A stretch of DNA of 64,000 nt from Octopus sinensis. Taxonomy: Eukaryota. This document shows, one piece after another, positions 40,386 to 54,200 of this stretch. The stretch lies in contig NC_043002.1 of NCBI RefSeq assembly GCF_006345805.1, forward strand, positions 1,364,001 to 1,428,000. The letters run 5' to 3'. Within the stretch, counting starts at the first letter, position 1, and each line of letters begins with the position of its first letter. The position numbers and the translations under genes were made by a program. Below the pieces are notes generated by a model that ran no database searches, was not told where the DNA came from, and saw only the letters and a list, made by a program, of their open reading frames with translations.

Positions 40386-40873
40386 TATATACTTATTTGT
40401 GTGCATACATACACACATACATACGACACATATACACCTATATATCTATAATGAATTAATGGCAGTAAATGCAATTAATGGAAACGCATCTAAAATGGTG
40501 AAATAACATTTATCCGAAACTGCGTATGGGTAAGCTGGTTCTCGACTTCAGATAAAAGTATTCGTATAATTTCATGTAGTACACATGTATACATACATGC
40601 GTATATGCATATTCACATATTCATATATATATATATGTATGCACACAAACACATACACGCACACACCCGCACACAGACACACATACAATTACACACAGAT
40701 ACACGCGCATACAGACACAAAAGCACACGCACAGACATAGAAACATGCTCACACTAACACGCCCCCCCCCCACACGCTAATATCGAGTTGTGAAAGTGAG
40801 TGCTCAACAGCTCATTGGTTGATAAATATTCTCTATTTTTGGGTTACCGGGTTAACAAGGCTACCAATATATA

Positions 40874-40909
<36 letters not shown>

Positions 40910-40911
<2 letters not shown>

Positions 40912-42473
40912 TAAATTAGAGATAAAACCACTATTAGGCAAATCAAACAGTGAAAATCATAAACCAATACATAGAAATAAAATTAATTAATAAAAAATAT
41001 ATAAAATATAAAATTCAAAATTTACATTATTTAAATTTAAAGTTAAAATTAAAAAAAATATTTAAATTTATATCACAAAACCTCGCAAAGCTAAGTATAT
41101 ATTTATATTTAAGATTTTTAAATTTTAAAATTTAAATATTTTAAATATTTTAATAAGTCTTATGGTATAATATTGTTTTTTTATATAAATATTGAGGGTT
41201 ATGTAATGATCTAATTATCGTAATTTTTTCTATATAATTATTAGATATTAACTTTACGTTTATTCGTAAGACTTTACTTAGCCAAAGAGATATATAGATC
41301 TTTAACAATTATACGAGTTGTTTAAAGTTAGGTTTCATGTATATAAATGTATTGATAGCATACATTTTAGTCATAACTAACTACATTTGTTGATAGTTAT
41401 TTTAAATTTCTTATAATTGTTATTATAACTTATATATTGTTCTTTTTTAAATCGATAATTGGTAGTAATATTCTTCCCATTGATAAATATATTTGTAGTA
41501 TTTATTTGATACTATATAACTACGGATTGATTATTTCATTAAGCATTTTATTATTCTATTTTAACTATACGAGTTTTGTAAGTTATTAGTTAGCCAAAGA
41601 GATATATAGTGCGTTAATTTGTTATAGCGTTCGTTTAAGATTGTTTGTTTTTTACAATTAGCTATTTCATCTTTAATCTTTTAATCGTTTAATATTTTTA
41701 TAAGTAATAATGAATAATTAATTTATTAGGTCTTTATTATACGTGCATATATATTTATTGATAGAGATAATTTTAGATCTTAATTCTAATATTTATATAC
41801 ATTTATATATGTTCATTGATAATTTATTTATTATTCAAATATTATATAATTATTTGACTTGAAATTATATTTAATAATATGAATAGTCATTTTTTTTTGC
41901 AAATATGTATGTAATTTGATATTGACTATAACTGATATTAGATCATTTGTGGGTTTCTTACCTTAAAAATTAATACTTAAAAATTAATATTTAACATTAT
42001 AATCGACATAATCATAATCGTTAAGTTTCTAGTTTGATAATAGAGTTTTTTATAAGAAAAATTATTATTTTATTTATTTCTTTAAAAATATTGTTTAAAT
42101 ATTTCTGATTATTTATTTAAATATTATAATTTACCTGAAGATTGACTATAACCATAATTCGAATTATTAATTGAATTTAAATTATTGTTATTCGAATTGA
42201 TTTATGGGCAGGAAACGATCGTAGTGGTTTTACTCTTTATCTTACATTAAACTTTTAATACATTTTGATAGTTATATATATTAATAAAAAAAATAATAAT
42301 AAAATATATATATATATATATAAATTTATAAGTATAAATTATTAATTTAAATAATTAAAATTTTGAATTTTATATTTTATATATATTTTTTATTAATTAA
42401 TTTTATTTCTATGTATTGGTTTATGATTTTCACTGTTTGATTTGCCTAATAGTGGTTTTATCTCTAATTTAAT
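40910..42473. mobile_element. Extremely AT-rich 1.56-kb element with ~128-130-bp terminal inverted repeats
   Basis: 40910-41037 is the reverse complement of 42344-42473 except for 2 substitutions and a 2-nt indel. Left end abuts (TA)n. No ORF. Confidence 0.8.
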
Positions 42474-42563
42474 AAATATATTTATACTATAAATTGATTT
42501 AATCCTAAATCTAATTTTCCCCTGTAAGTTTGGATTTACTCCCTAATATTATTATTATTATTT

Positions 42564-42615
<52 letters not shown>

Positions 42616-42834
42616 AAATAATCAGAAAATGGAAAAACTTTAGATCAACAAACAAATTGACCGACATCAGTTTATTATTTTTTAATACCAAGCATAACAC
42701 TTCTTACGGCTGTTTCGGCTGCCAATGTCAGTAGGTGCTTACAAAAAAATTCCGAAAATATTATTCGTCATCTTTATAGCACATTTGATCTTAATACATG
42801 GAGCTTCATCAGAATGAAAATAAATACATAAAAG

Positions 42835-43995
42835 CAAGGAGACCTTGATGCACCCACGCTCTTTGCAATATACTTTACTGTTGTGTTGTCACATGCTTTT
42901 CAAAATTCTAAGGCGGGTATTTACATAAAATATCGAACAGGGAGTGTTTTTAATCTGGCCAGACTGAAATTCAAAACGAAGGTTTTTACTTCACTCATTA
43001 GGGAACTTTTGTATGCTGACCATTGCTGTCTTGTCAGTCATTCTGAAAGAGTTCTGCAATCTCTTGTATATGCATTTGACTCGATTTGTGATGATTTTTG
43101 CTTGACCATAAACTTGAAAAAAAAAACAGTTGTAATACATCATCCTGCGTGTGGTGCTGTTTGTAACCCCCCGGAAATTTTTAAGGGAAAGTTACTTGAG
43201 GTTGTCGATTCGTTCGTCTACCTTGGATGCTCTGTTCAAAATGATGGAAATCTTGATACAGAAATACAGCTGCGAATTCAAAGGGCAGCAAAAGCATTTG
43301 GTGGCTTGGAGTCCCGCGTTTGGCGCAAGTGACATATAAATAAGAATACAAAGCTGGCTCTTTACAAATCCTTTGTCTTACTCTCCCTGTTGTATTCCTG
43401 GGAAACTTGGACTTGTTATGAAAGTCATTTTAAATTGTTAGAACAATTCAAATAAAAATGCTTTCATTGCATTTAAAAAATTAAATGGAGTTCTTTTACT
43501 CCAAATACAGATGTCCTTGCATCTGCGAGCATCACCTCAATTAAAGCTATGATTTTGAAGAGCCAATTGAGATGGTGTGGCCATATTGCTCGAATGGCAG
43601 ATGAACGGAAACAGCTGTTTTATGGTGAGCTTGCAGAGGGGAACGCTGTCGGCGTAAACCTAAAAAAAGGTTTAAAGATGACATAAGGACTATTATGAAG
43701 TCACTTGGAATGGTTCCAGAAGATATAGAAAGCCTTGCTTCGGATCGAGTTGGATGGCGAACAAAGGTGTGTAGTGGAGTGAAAGCATCTGAAGAGGCCG
43801 GGATAGCACACGTAAGACTAAAAAAAAATCTACGGAAGAATGTAACGATCGAGAAGGTGAATGACGATGACCTTTCTTTTGTGCAGTCTGAGACAGACCA
43901 TGGCTGCCTTTTGCTGGCCTCAAATCTTATCTGCGAACGCATGGAAAACGAACCTCCACCACTATTCTGCCTATATGTCTCTGCACACCTCTGGA
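42835..43995 (+). mobile_element. RTE-clade LINE, 5'-truncated, degraded (RT C-half to 3' end)
   Basis: KQGDLDAPTLF...IRELLYADH...TINLKK...FVYLG...RIQRAAKAFG...ETWT...QLRWCGHIARM...LFYGEL...KRFKD. Confidence 0.92.
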
Positions 43996-44029
43996 TGCCA
44001 GAAGGTATATATATATATATAATATATAT

Positions 44030-44077
<48 letters not shown>

Positions 44078-44086
44078 CATACATAT

Positions 44087-44128
<42 letters not shown>

Positions 44129-44320
44129 ATATAATATATATATATATATAGGTATATATATACATATATACATATATACGTGTATCTATCTATCTGTCTA
44201 TCTATCTCTCTCTCTCTATATATATATATATACATATATACATATATACGTGTATCTATCTATCTATCTCTCTATATATGTACATATATACACATATATA
44301 TATATTTATATTTATATATA

Positions 44321-44541
44321 CAAGAGTTAAGGAATGCAGTAGATAATTCCCGGACTACATATGTATCATAGCGAGCGAAACCCGAGAAGTGGTCGATATC
44401 CAACCGAGGTGTATACCGCAGGCGAGACCTGAAGAGTAGCCTGCAGTATGTACATCGCTTGGATATTTACCACTTCTCGGGTTTCGCTCGCTATGGTACA
44501 TATGTAACCCAGATTTAATCTACTGCATTCTTTTGCTCTTG
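44321..44541. mobile_element. 221-bp fold-back MITE with ~90-bp imperfect inverted arms and TA flanks
   Basis: TA|CAAGAG...CTCTTG|TA; the core arm CATAGCGAGCGAAACCCGAGAAGTGGT pairs perfectly with ACCACTTCTCGGGTTTCGCTCGCTATG. Confidence 0.8.
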
Positions 44542-44723
44542 TATTCTTATTCGCACACACAGCAGACTTGGTTGCCTACCTTCAGTTTATCGTAGCTCGA
44601 GGCGAAAACAAAATAAGATTCACAAGATTCCGTCCCAATAAAATATTATTGCCCCTGAAAGTTGTTTTTCTACATGTACTACGAACTGCTTGAAGCTAAC
44701 TTTCTTCCCACACCTCGATCCCT

Positions 44724-44757
<34 letters not shown>

Positions 44758-45529
44758 AGGTATGTATGCATGTATGTGTAAGTGTGTGCGTGTGTGTGTG
44801 TGTCAGTGTACCTGTGTCTTTAGATATGTATAAAAAGTATGCTCCTGCTGTGTAAGCAGATGCCAATAAATGCCTGGAGACTTGCGGTGAATATTTATTG
44901 TTGTAGTTCTGTGCCGGTTTCTCTGTGGGAACATTTGCCCAAGTCAATATGCGCCTGGCTTTCTCTATGTATTTCAGTTTTGTCTTTTTAGACGTGGATT
45001 ATACTTCTGTTATTATGTTTCGGTTGGATTTATTACTCTTCTAGTGTTTGATTTCCTCTGTCTTTTGTCCCAAACCTCTGTCTGCTGGTGGCGTCATGTT
45101 TTAATTAATCTCTCACTTGTCAGCAAACAAAGAGTTTTGTGACCGATAAATCCTGTTTTCTGATTCCATAATGCAGACATTGTGCCTGCTATTTCATCCT
45201 TTGTTACATTCTTTGTTTATTCGTAATGTATAAATATCTCCGGTGGCCAACCCAGTCGTTTATTTTATGTTCTTTTTTCCTATGAAGAAGTAGTCAAGCC
45301 ATCACCAATGACACTATTATAAAGATGTGAGTTTCTACATAATTTTATAATTTGGTTATATAACACACACACACACACACAGACACACACACACACACAT
45401 ACCATACATACACACATATAGAAACATACATATGCACATGTGATTTCAACATGACTGATAGAGGAAGCACGTGTAAATTTCGAGTAAAGCAACTGTAAGG
45501 AAACACGCATACAAGAACACAAACACATA

Positions 45530-45592
45530 CTAATATAAATGTATATATGCATGTATATATATATATATATTATAATATATATAATATATATA

Positions 45593-45637
<45 letters not shown>

Positions 45638-45850
45638 TATATATATATATATAATATATATATATAATATATATATATATATATTTTATATGTGTGTGTG
45701 TGTTTGTATGTGTGTGTGTGTAAGTGTATATATATATATATATACATGTACATGTATATATATGTATATATATATATATACATATATATGTATATATATA
45801 TAGATAAATATATAAATATATATGTATATATACATATATATACACACACA

Positions 45851-45930
<80 letters not shown>
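45530..45930. repeat. Compound (TA)n/(TG)n/(CA)n low-complexity tract
   Basis: Direct reading. Confidence 0.95.
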
Positions 45931-45931
<1 letters not shown>

Positions 45932-45937
45932 CATATA

Positions 45938-46092
45938 TATCTATTAAATAATATGCACACTTATTCAATAGTCAAGATAAAACTGAGTTTCGGATGCCGA
46001 GGTGGAAATCCACAACACCATCTTTTCGGTTATCTGACCATTCAGAGTTTTATCTTGACTATTGAATAATTGTACATATTATTCTATAGATA
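45938..46092. repeat. Short fold-back element with a 24-bp perfect (~47-bp imperfect) inverted repeat
   Basis: 45961-45984 TTATTCAATAGTCAAGATAAAACT is the exact reverse complement of 46046-46069. Confidence 0.85.
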
Positions 46093-46239
46093 AATTTCCT
46101 CTAATTACATAATATTGAGGTCTCTTTCTTTCTTTTGTTATCTTACCGTTTTTACCAATAAATACATACATACACACACACACTCACATACACGCACACG
46201 CACACGCACACACATACACACAAACACACACACACACAC

Positions 46240-46270
<31 letters not shown>

Positions 46271-46280
46271 CACATACATA

Positions 46281-47444
46281 CAGGGTGCGAGGGGTATTCG
46301 AGGATAGTTTTGGTATAGAATTAAACAACACTATTTCAGTATGAATAAATATGTATTTGAATAAAGATTTGTGCAATTAGTCTTGATAATAATTTTTAAT
46401 TCAATTATGCTATGGAACTGCCTTCGGTTTCGATGACTGCTTCAATGCGGGACCGAAACCGCTGTCATCACCAGGACAACGGCAGCCTTCAATGAAGCTA
46501 CGGTATTATGTGGATGACGATTAATTTCCCTGTCAACAGTGCTCCACACGTCCATAGGGTTGAAATCTGACGAGCTTGGAGGCCACACATTAGGTGTTAC
46601 ATAATCGTAAACCATTTTTGTATGACTAGGTCCTTGTGAGAAGCTGCTAAGTCTTGTTGAATCACGTATGACCTTCCAGTGCATACCTCCGCAATCCAGG
46701 GCTTGATAACAGTTTCCTGTACCTCAATGTATCCAGCAGCCTTAATTCTAACACCCTGTGGAAAAAGATGTGGAGGCATCACATGACTTTCACAACTCAC
46801 CACTCTTAAAACCAGCACATGTTCCTGGACGTTTCGTGTGTATCATTCTGGGTAATTCAGAAGGATCTGCACATAACCACCTGTCGTTTCTTTTGTTAAG
46901 ACTTTTAATCATGGTCAAAGTTTTTTCATCAGAGAAAAACCATCGTTCATGACGATTTTTCACTTTGTTAATTAACCGTTTTGAACGAATGAGATGGTTT
47001 TCCTGTGTCTTTGTAGACGCGAATTGGCCTTTCCTCATTTTACATAGGACTTGTATCGAATATCACGATGTACCGCAGTCCACCCCGACACCCGAAGTTC
47101 TTTACCAGTGGACCTTATTGATCTTCTGGAGCTTTCAACGATAATGTTTTGAATATGTTGTATAAATTCCGGTGTCTTTTTCGCACAATGTTCTCTCCTC
47201 TTTGATACAGGTAAAATATCACCATCACATACCTCCAATTCTAACCAAACATTGCATAAAAACGATGCTGCTACATTTTGAATCCCTGTGGTTTGCAAGA
47301 ATAGTAACTATTGCTGCATTTCTTCATTTCTTGAGTTGGCTTCATATCTTGAAAGAGTAATCTAAAAAACAAAATCACACACTAAATAATTTGAAGGTGT
47401 AATGAACTAAAAACGAGACGTCCTCAAATGCCCCTCGCACCCTG
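46281..47444 (-). mobile_element. Tc1/mariner-superfamily element (maT/DD37D-like), full span, degraded transposase
   Basis: TIRs CAGGGTGCGAGGGG(T/C)ATT(C/T)GAGGA(T/C) match at 22/25, with TA on both sides. Motifs WFFSDEK, QQD-A-SH, WPPSSSDFNPMD. The maT call rests on motif style only. Confidence 0.88.
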
Positions 47445-47496
47445 TATGTACATATATACATATTTATACATACATACATACATAGACACACACACA

Positions 47497-47539
<43 letters not shown>

Positions 47540-48139
47540 ACACACATATATATATATAAAGATATATATAAACTTTCGAATTTCTACGTTCGAAATATGA
47601 TGTTACTATTCTTAATATAATCAATGGTGAGTATTTTTTATTGATAATATTAAGAGCAGTGATATAGACGGTTCACAGGTCTGATAACATTATGTAGCTA
47701 TAAAATGTTAAACTAGCACGAAGCGGTAGGATGATGCAAGCGTCACCCTGTTTAGAAACAAGAGCTAAAGTCTCGATTCAAGCACCAGAAGGCACCAAAA
47801 TAATAGAAAATAACATTAAGCGAGGAAACGGGTAAAGAATTATGACATGTAAAAGTATACCTCTGAAGATTCTGCCATTGAGATGTTCATATACCATGGT
47901 TTCGGGTTCTGGCCGGATGGACCTCAACTTTCTTCAGTATGAGTTACTGGGGCAAAAAATTCTAAATCCGCCACGTAATTATCCCCCCATAAAATCCATC
48001 TCTTCTCATTCTTTCACATATATGTGTCATATATTTGATGATTGCTTCATTTTGAGAGATGACAGCCGTCCCATCACACAGCACAATAACTCCGTTGATG
48101 AGCCCTTAGATGACTTTTAAGACCAGATTCTGACTGACA

Positions 48140-48198
<59 letters not shown>

Positions 48199-48239
48199 CG
48201 TACGTACACTTTGTTCTTTCTCTCTCTCTCTCTCCATAT

Positions 48240-48291
<52 letters not shown>

Positions 48292-51200
48292 TCAAATTAT
48301 CCTCTACAGTATCCAATCATCTTAAAAAGGACCAGTGGATAATATCGTACTGTTTCCCCCTACACAAAAGTATGGTGGTCACTGCTGGAGCGCCCTGGCT
48401 TACATATCTTTTCATTCGGAATGACGTTAGGCTAAACAATAACAATCTATCATTAGGATAAACAACATTGGGATAATAGACACTTGCATTAGCAGCAGCA
48501 GCAACATCATTAGCAGCAGCACCAACATCATTAGCAGCAGCATCAACATTTTAAGCAGCAATCTTAATATTGTAGTCGTAGCATCATTAGCACAAACAAT
48601 GCTTAGAAGAGGATTTAACGAAAACAAATTACTCTGCGTGTAATGAAGCGTGTTTAACAATCAAATATAACCAGCGTCTGTGCAAAGAAAACAGGACAAG
48701 TTTAGAATGGAGGAAAATACTCGAAAGCTGATGAAATAAACAAAATTCTTGTGGAATTGAAAATTAGCAGATTTCTAAACGAGAATCCTTCCAACAAATT
48801 TAGCAGAAATAGTAGACTGTGTCCAGTCAATTACTCTGCAGCAATAATGGGATGATCTTCTGAGAAGAGAAAGTGAAATGTGCGACGCAATACTTGCTTT
48901 ATTTCTTCACTTGTTATTAACCTGACAACTAAGAAATAACCTACTTATGCAATAAACAGTTAACGTAAAGTGGATTACTTAAATACACAAATTTCTCAGT
49001 CACCTGATTATTGAACAGATTTCAGTAATAGCTTCCAGAACTTCGTTGTCAAAATTCTGGTTTTTCTTTAGATAAATCCACAATTTCTTGAAATTTAACT
49101 CTTGTGGTATTTCTGCAAGTACCGTCACTGGAAAAGGTTTGTCGCCAAAGCGAAGAATTGCGATGTATTGGTCACTCTTTGCTACTTTCTTTCCTCTCGT
49201 TTATCGGAAAAAATAAACATTGTGAGTGAATCCCACACGCATATATTCATGAAATTCTTAATCAGTTGTCTTTAAATCAATTTTTGTACAGCTTCCTTTC
49301 TCGCTGCCATTACGCTTTCTTAATCCGTTTGCAAATAGGCGACCTGTTTCAACCAACATTCCAATGGCCTGGTCTTCCCAACTAGGCCGATGGCTGATGG
49401 CGCGTTATCATTGTTTCGAGACAGGATCTTTCTTTCTCCACCTCTTCTTTGCTTACTTCTTTGTCTGTTCTACAACTGGATGAGCATAATTTTCTTCAGA
49501 CTTTTTGTTACGGTATATTTAATGATAGATTTATAATGGCCGACCTTACAAAAGATATGATAATAAAAAAAAAAAAAAAAAACAACAGAAAGTATTTGCT
49601 ACCTTTATCAAAATTCGTGTGCTAGACATATTGATATCACAGATTAACACGTCTAACGGAACATACGATTATATGTTTCTTTCCATTTACATTCCTACAT
49701 TCAGAAGTTCCAGTATGTCATATGACAACTATACCGTAGGTCATGAGAAAGATATTTTAATGTAGTACAAAAAAAAAAAAAACTACTTTATTGGCACAAC
49801 GGCTTACAAGTTTGTTTTCTCTATTTCCAAAGGAGAAATATAGAAGCTAATGGTAAAGAACCAGGTGCGAATGTTAGTTTTAAGGAACAACCTACCCGCT
49901 CCAAAATTCCTCTGCACGTGTGAACTCAATTTATCAAAGAAATGTATCCTTACTTCCTACATGTACTTCAGATATTTACAGTGAATTCACTTTATAGCAT
50001 CCTGACCCAGATGTTCTGTTTCCCACAACTGATAACTACTCTTTTGGTCAATACCTGATTGATATCATATTGAAAGAGAAATATATCTGATTTCTATCTA
50101 GGACCTCGACGCCATTATTAAATAAAGGTCAAGTTAGACAGGATTGACCTCACCGTCATTTCTAATATCCACACCCGAAACTCATGATGGTGGTGAGCAG
50201 CGCTTGTTCAGGAACCATGCTATGTTCACCATGACAATGATGAACGTAATGCAGATCTTCTATGTGGCAATGTAATAATCTAATTACGGAATCATCTGAC
50301 AGTGACTGAAAGTTTGTGAAAAAGTTAAAGAATATATGAAGTACGTTTTTGTGGTGGCAACAACCCGAGAAAAGGTCTGACATTTAGGGTTAGGGAAGAA
50401 ATCATGGGCTTGAACAATAATGGGATTTATTACAGAAGATGAATCCTTTCTCCTCGGTCACATTAAAAAATCTGGCAATCCTGAAAATTGTAAGCAATCA
50501 TAGATATTCTAGCAATGGAACGTCTTTTAACTTTGCTGATCATTGGAATTCACATGGCTCTGAGATTGATCCACTGCCTACTGCTGTAGCGAGGTTCTGG
50601 CAATGCTATTCACAAGATTGCAGGACACGTTACACCGTTGGTAGAATTTCTACCAAAACTACAGAGATAAATTCTACGATATGCCAGCAACTTGTTGAAG
50701 TCCTATACAGGTCTGTAGTAAAGCAGGCGTAATAATAATTATAAGATGCCAGCAGCAACTCTTAGTCTCCATCTGGTTTATTCACTGAATATTCTTGGAT
50801 AGTCTGCCGACTTTTATCTGTTGAATTTGTTATATATTTCAGTTTCTTACACCTGTTATTCATAGGTGATCAAATTTAATGACACATTTGAAGGAAGTAA
50901 AAGATTACTAACCATCAAGTCACTGTCAGACACTACTTGGTCAGCAAGAGTGGAAACTACTGAATTTATTAATTAACAAAATCACCTCAAGTGAGAATTA
51001 CAGCTTACGTTTTCCCAGAAAAAGCTCTCAAATTTGCTTCGATAGTCAAAGGTCTAAAAGTTGGTTCTGTTAAATTCGGTACACTTTAAGAAGCTAAAGT
51101 TAAAATAAGAAAATAGTGAATCTAATTCTTTCTCTGGAGTAATTCCCGGACTCACTTTGGGTTTGGAATGAACCAATGGAAGTGGAGGACAGAAAAATCT

Positions 51201-54200
51201 CCCAATAGAATAAGTACTGCTCGAGCCAGAAAGAGAGGTGAATGTTATATTAATCCAAAAGGAGGAGAAGCGAATCAATCAATGCATAACAGGTGAAAAT
51301 TACAGGTGTCTCTTGTTTTAGCTGGCATTCTGAAATGAAACGGAACTGAGACAAAAAAACCCTGTCACAGTATTTACCTGTGATTTCGACTTCAATAATG
51401 TGTTGATGGAGGGAAATTATTCAGCTTTCAAGGTAAATAACAACTAAATAGGGTCCTGTCTCCTTCAAAGACAACAACGGAAGAGTTTGGTTACGAACTG
51501 CCAAACGGTGTACACGTAGAATATATTTGAGCTCAGTGGTCACTTGTTTCGGAGAGCAAAGGGGAGGCTCGAAAAAAGAATTATTCGAGAAATCCGATGG
51601 CTCATCCAAGACTGTGATTTATGTCTACGAGATATAGAGAGCAGTGTAGGAAAACCAATGCATTTCCAGGAGACAAAAGAATTATCAGACGGCGAATGTT
51701 TTTTGTTTTTGAAAAAAGTGAATATTTTGTAGATGTAGTATGATGCATAATGCTGTGAGATGTTAAAACTTACAGTACTTAACTCAGATCAACCCTGGCA
51801 TTGGCAGGTGCAGTTAATCTTTCTTTGTAAATATAACTTGTCAGTTAATATTTGTAGTTAATATTTATATATAAAATTTAACATTTGTAGATTTAACATT
51901 TACATATTTCTATATATTTAACTTGTTTTGGGGTTTATGTAGAACTTGTCAATTCTAATCTTTCTGTGTATGTATATAACATGTCAGTTCCGATTACATG
52001 CAATAAATGGACTTTGATGTATAAATTTGGTGAATCCTCGTTTTAACTTCTGCGTTAAATGAGGTGGGGAGTAGCCAACATGAAGTACTCCCGCCATGTT
52101 TAAATCTTGTTTTGCATATATTTCCAGACTTCGAAGATGTTGCTTATAGTTTGTTTAGGTTTTAGAACCGTACAGGAATGTAGGTATAACTACTGCCATG
52201 AATTTCAGTGCGTCTTAGACGATGACCATTGAACAGCCATATTTTTAAAGGACCTAAGGTTAAAAAACAGAGACACAAATATAACTTGTAATATAAGCAT
52301 CGTCCATGGCGAAAAATACTGTGCTGGAATGAAAATGACAAAAACTAATTTCAGACCTTCAGTACTTGGTGCGTTGTGATTGATTTCAGGTTTTCCTGTT
52401 ACAGAGTGGGTAGATAAGCTAGCATTTGTTTTGTGGTCGTCGTATATATATTTATTGAATAATAAAAAGGAGTAAAATATCGGAATTGTTATGTTGTGTT
52501 TTACCATGACTAATGCCAACATATTGGGAGTCAGATTGGTTCTTAGGTTCCGTAGACAAACAGTAGTCAGACTGTGGTCAACATGCGCGAGTGTGGATAA
52601 TGGTTGTCAGTGGAGACCAATTCTATTTAGAAGAGGAATCTGTGATTGGTGTCCTGTCATTCAAATGGCAACTTGTTTGCTCTAAACCTGCTTGATTAAG
52701 CCCTGCTGCTCCTCACGCAATAACAATAACGATATTTGAGATAAAAGTTTAGATTAGACTTGAGATTCGCCACTGTTATGGAATGGGTTTCATTAATTTG
52801 CAAGCGATGAACCACTTTGGAGCGTGTTTACGGGGATTATAAATGATACCTAGAAAATAAATTATTGCAAATAACATGCGAGTCAAAAACTGTTTCAGTA
52901 TTTAACAGGAAATTGATTGTGAATAATCTGTAAATGGGAAATGAAAAGAATGTTAACACCCCGCCCTTTTCAATATATTCAAATATATTTTCTAACACAT
53001 TTGGCAGAAAACTACTACACATAATGTAAGGAAATAATGGCAGAAGGAGCAATTAATAGCGCATGTCACATCAAAATTTGTAGGGATTTTTAGGAATTAT
53101 TTATTAATGATGTATTTGTGCGAATCCCATGAAACCTAATTCAGACAACTAAAAATATCTCCCAACCAAATAGAAAAAAAAAACGGCGACATGATCACCT
53201 TTCGAATTCTCAACCCCAATGGACATCAAATACAAACACGATATAAATGTTCCACATAGAAAGCAGACCGCACCCCTGCTACATGAAATAGTGTAGTGTC
53301 TTCAGCTTTGCTTCTATAACGTCAAAGCAGGAAGGCGGTCATCTTACAGAGGTGTAGACTAGAGGAGAACTAAAGTTTTCTGAAGCTGACTTTCCCTCCA
53401 AGCATTCAGCAACATCTGCAAAGTAGAGGGTTAAAACGCTGCAGAGTTGACTCGATGCAGGCAACAAGTGCTGACCCCTTAACAACGAGTTATTCCAGGG
53501 CCTTAAGAGTATCATGTTAGAGAATGCAATACGCGAGGACGTTGCCGTGCTTTAAAAAGTTTCCTTTTAGGAAGGAATCTGGTGTTTGCTGGTGTATCTG
53601 AACCAACTCTGTTGACACTGACGAGCCTAGACAATCTGGATGAGCAATTATGAAGGCAGCACAGTGATAGGTTCATGATTTCTACAACAGAATCTGTAAT
53701 GGCGATTACATCATGGAAGTCCTCACGTACTTCTCCTTATTTCCAAAGAGTTCTTGAAGTTGGTCTTCATTCTTCTAAATCACTGGTGCGGTTATTGAAT
53801 ATTTAGAAAATCTCAATTTGAGCTGAAAGTAGTAACAATACTGAAAGGTAATTGTTATCGCCACATAAATATGGCTATTCGACGTTACTACTGTTTGACC
53901 CCAAAAAAGCCTTCGACAGCTCTGCCTGGGGTTAAACGGTAGAAACGTCGAACAGCCATATTGATGCGGTTATTGAATAGTTGTATGATTATATTCTCAT
54001 CCAGTAAATATACCACTTACCAGTGGTTAATGTAGAAACTTTATCTTCCTAATTGGATTCCTTTAGTCACAGTGTGTTCATTCGAACTATATTACTACAG
54101 TAGTAAAATATGGCATTATTGTGTCCTTGGCAGTCTAGGGAAACGACAACTAAGCGATCAATTTAACTTACATACATTTGGAGCATACACTATAAACGCT

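Noticed and set aside
40910-42473. NUMT or mitochondrial control region
   Set aside because: No mitochondrial gene, tRNA or rRNA recognisable; long TIRs favour a mobile element.
42697-42740. Minus-strand hammerhead-like CTGACAT-TGGCAGCC-GAAACAGCCGTA
   Set aside because: The core reads CUGACAU rather than CUGANGA and stem II is minimal; at most a dead relic, so not called as a feature.
48074-48145. [16 protein letters not shown], resembling an RTE C-terminal zinc finger
   Set aside because: Only ~70 bp next to a TA tract; too short to call.
53250-53780. GC-richer segment, possible old LINE
   Set aside because: No consistent motif order recovered in any frame.
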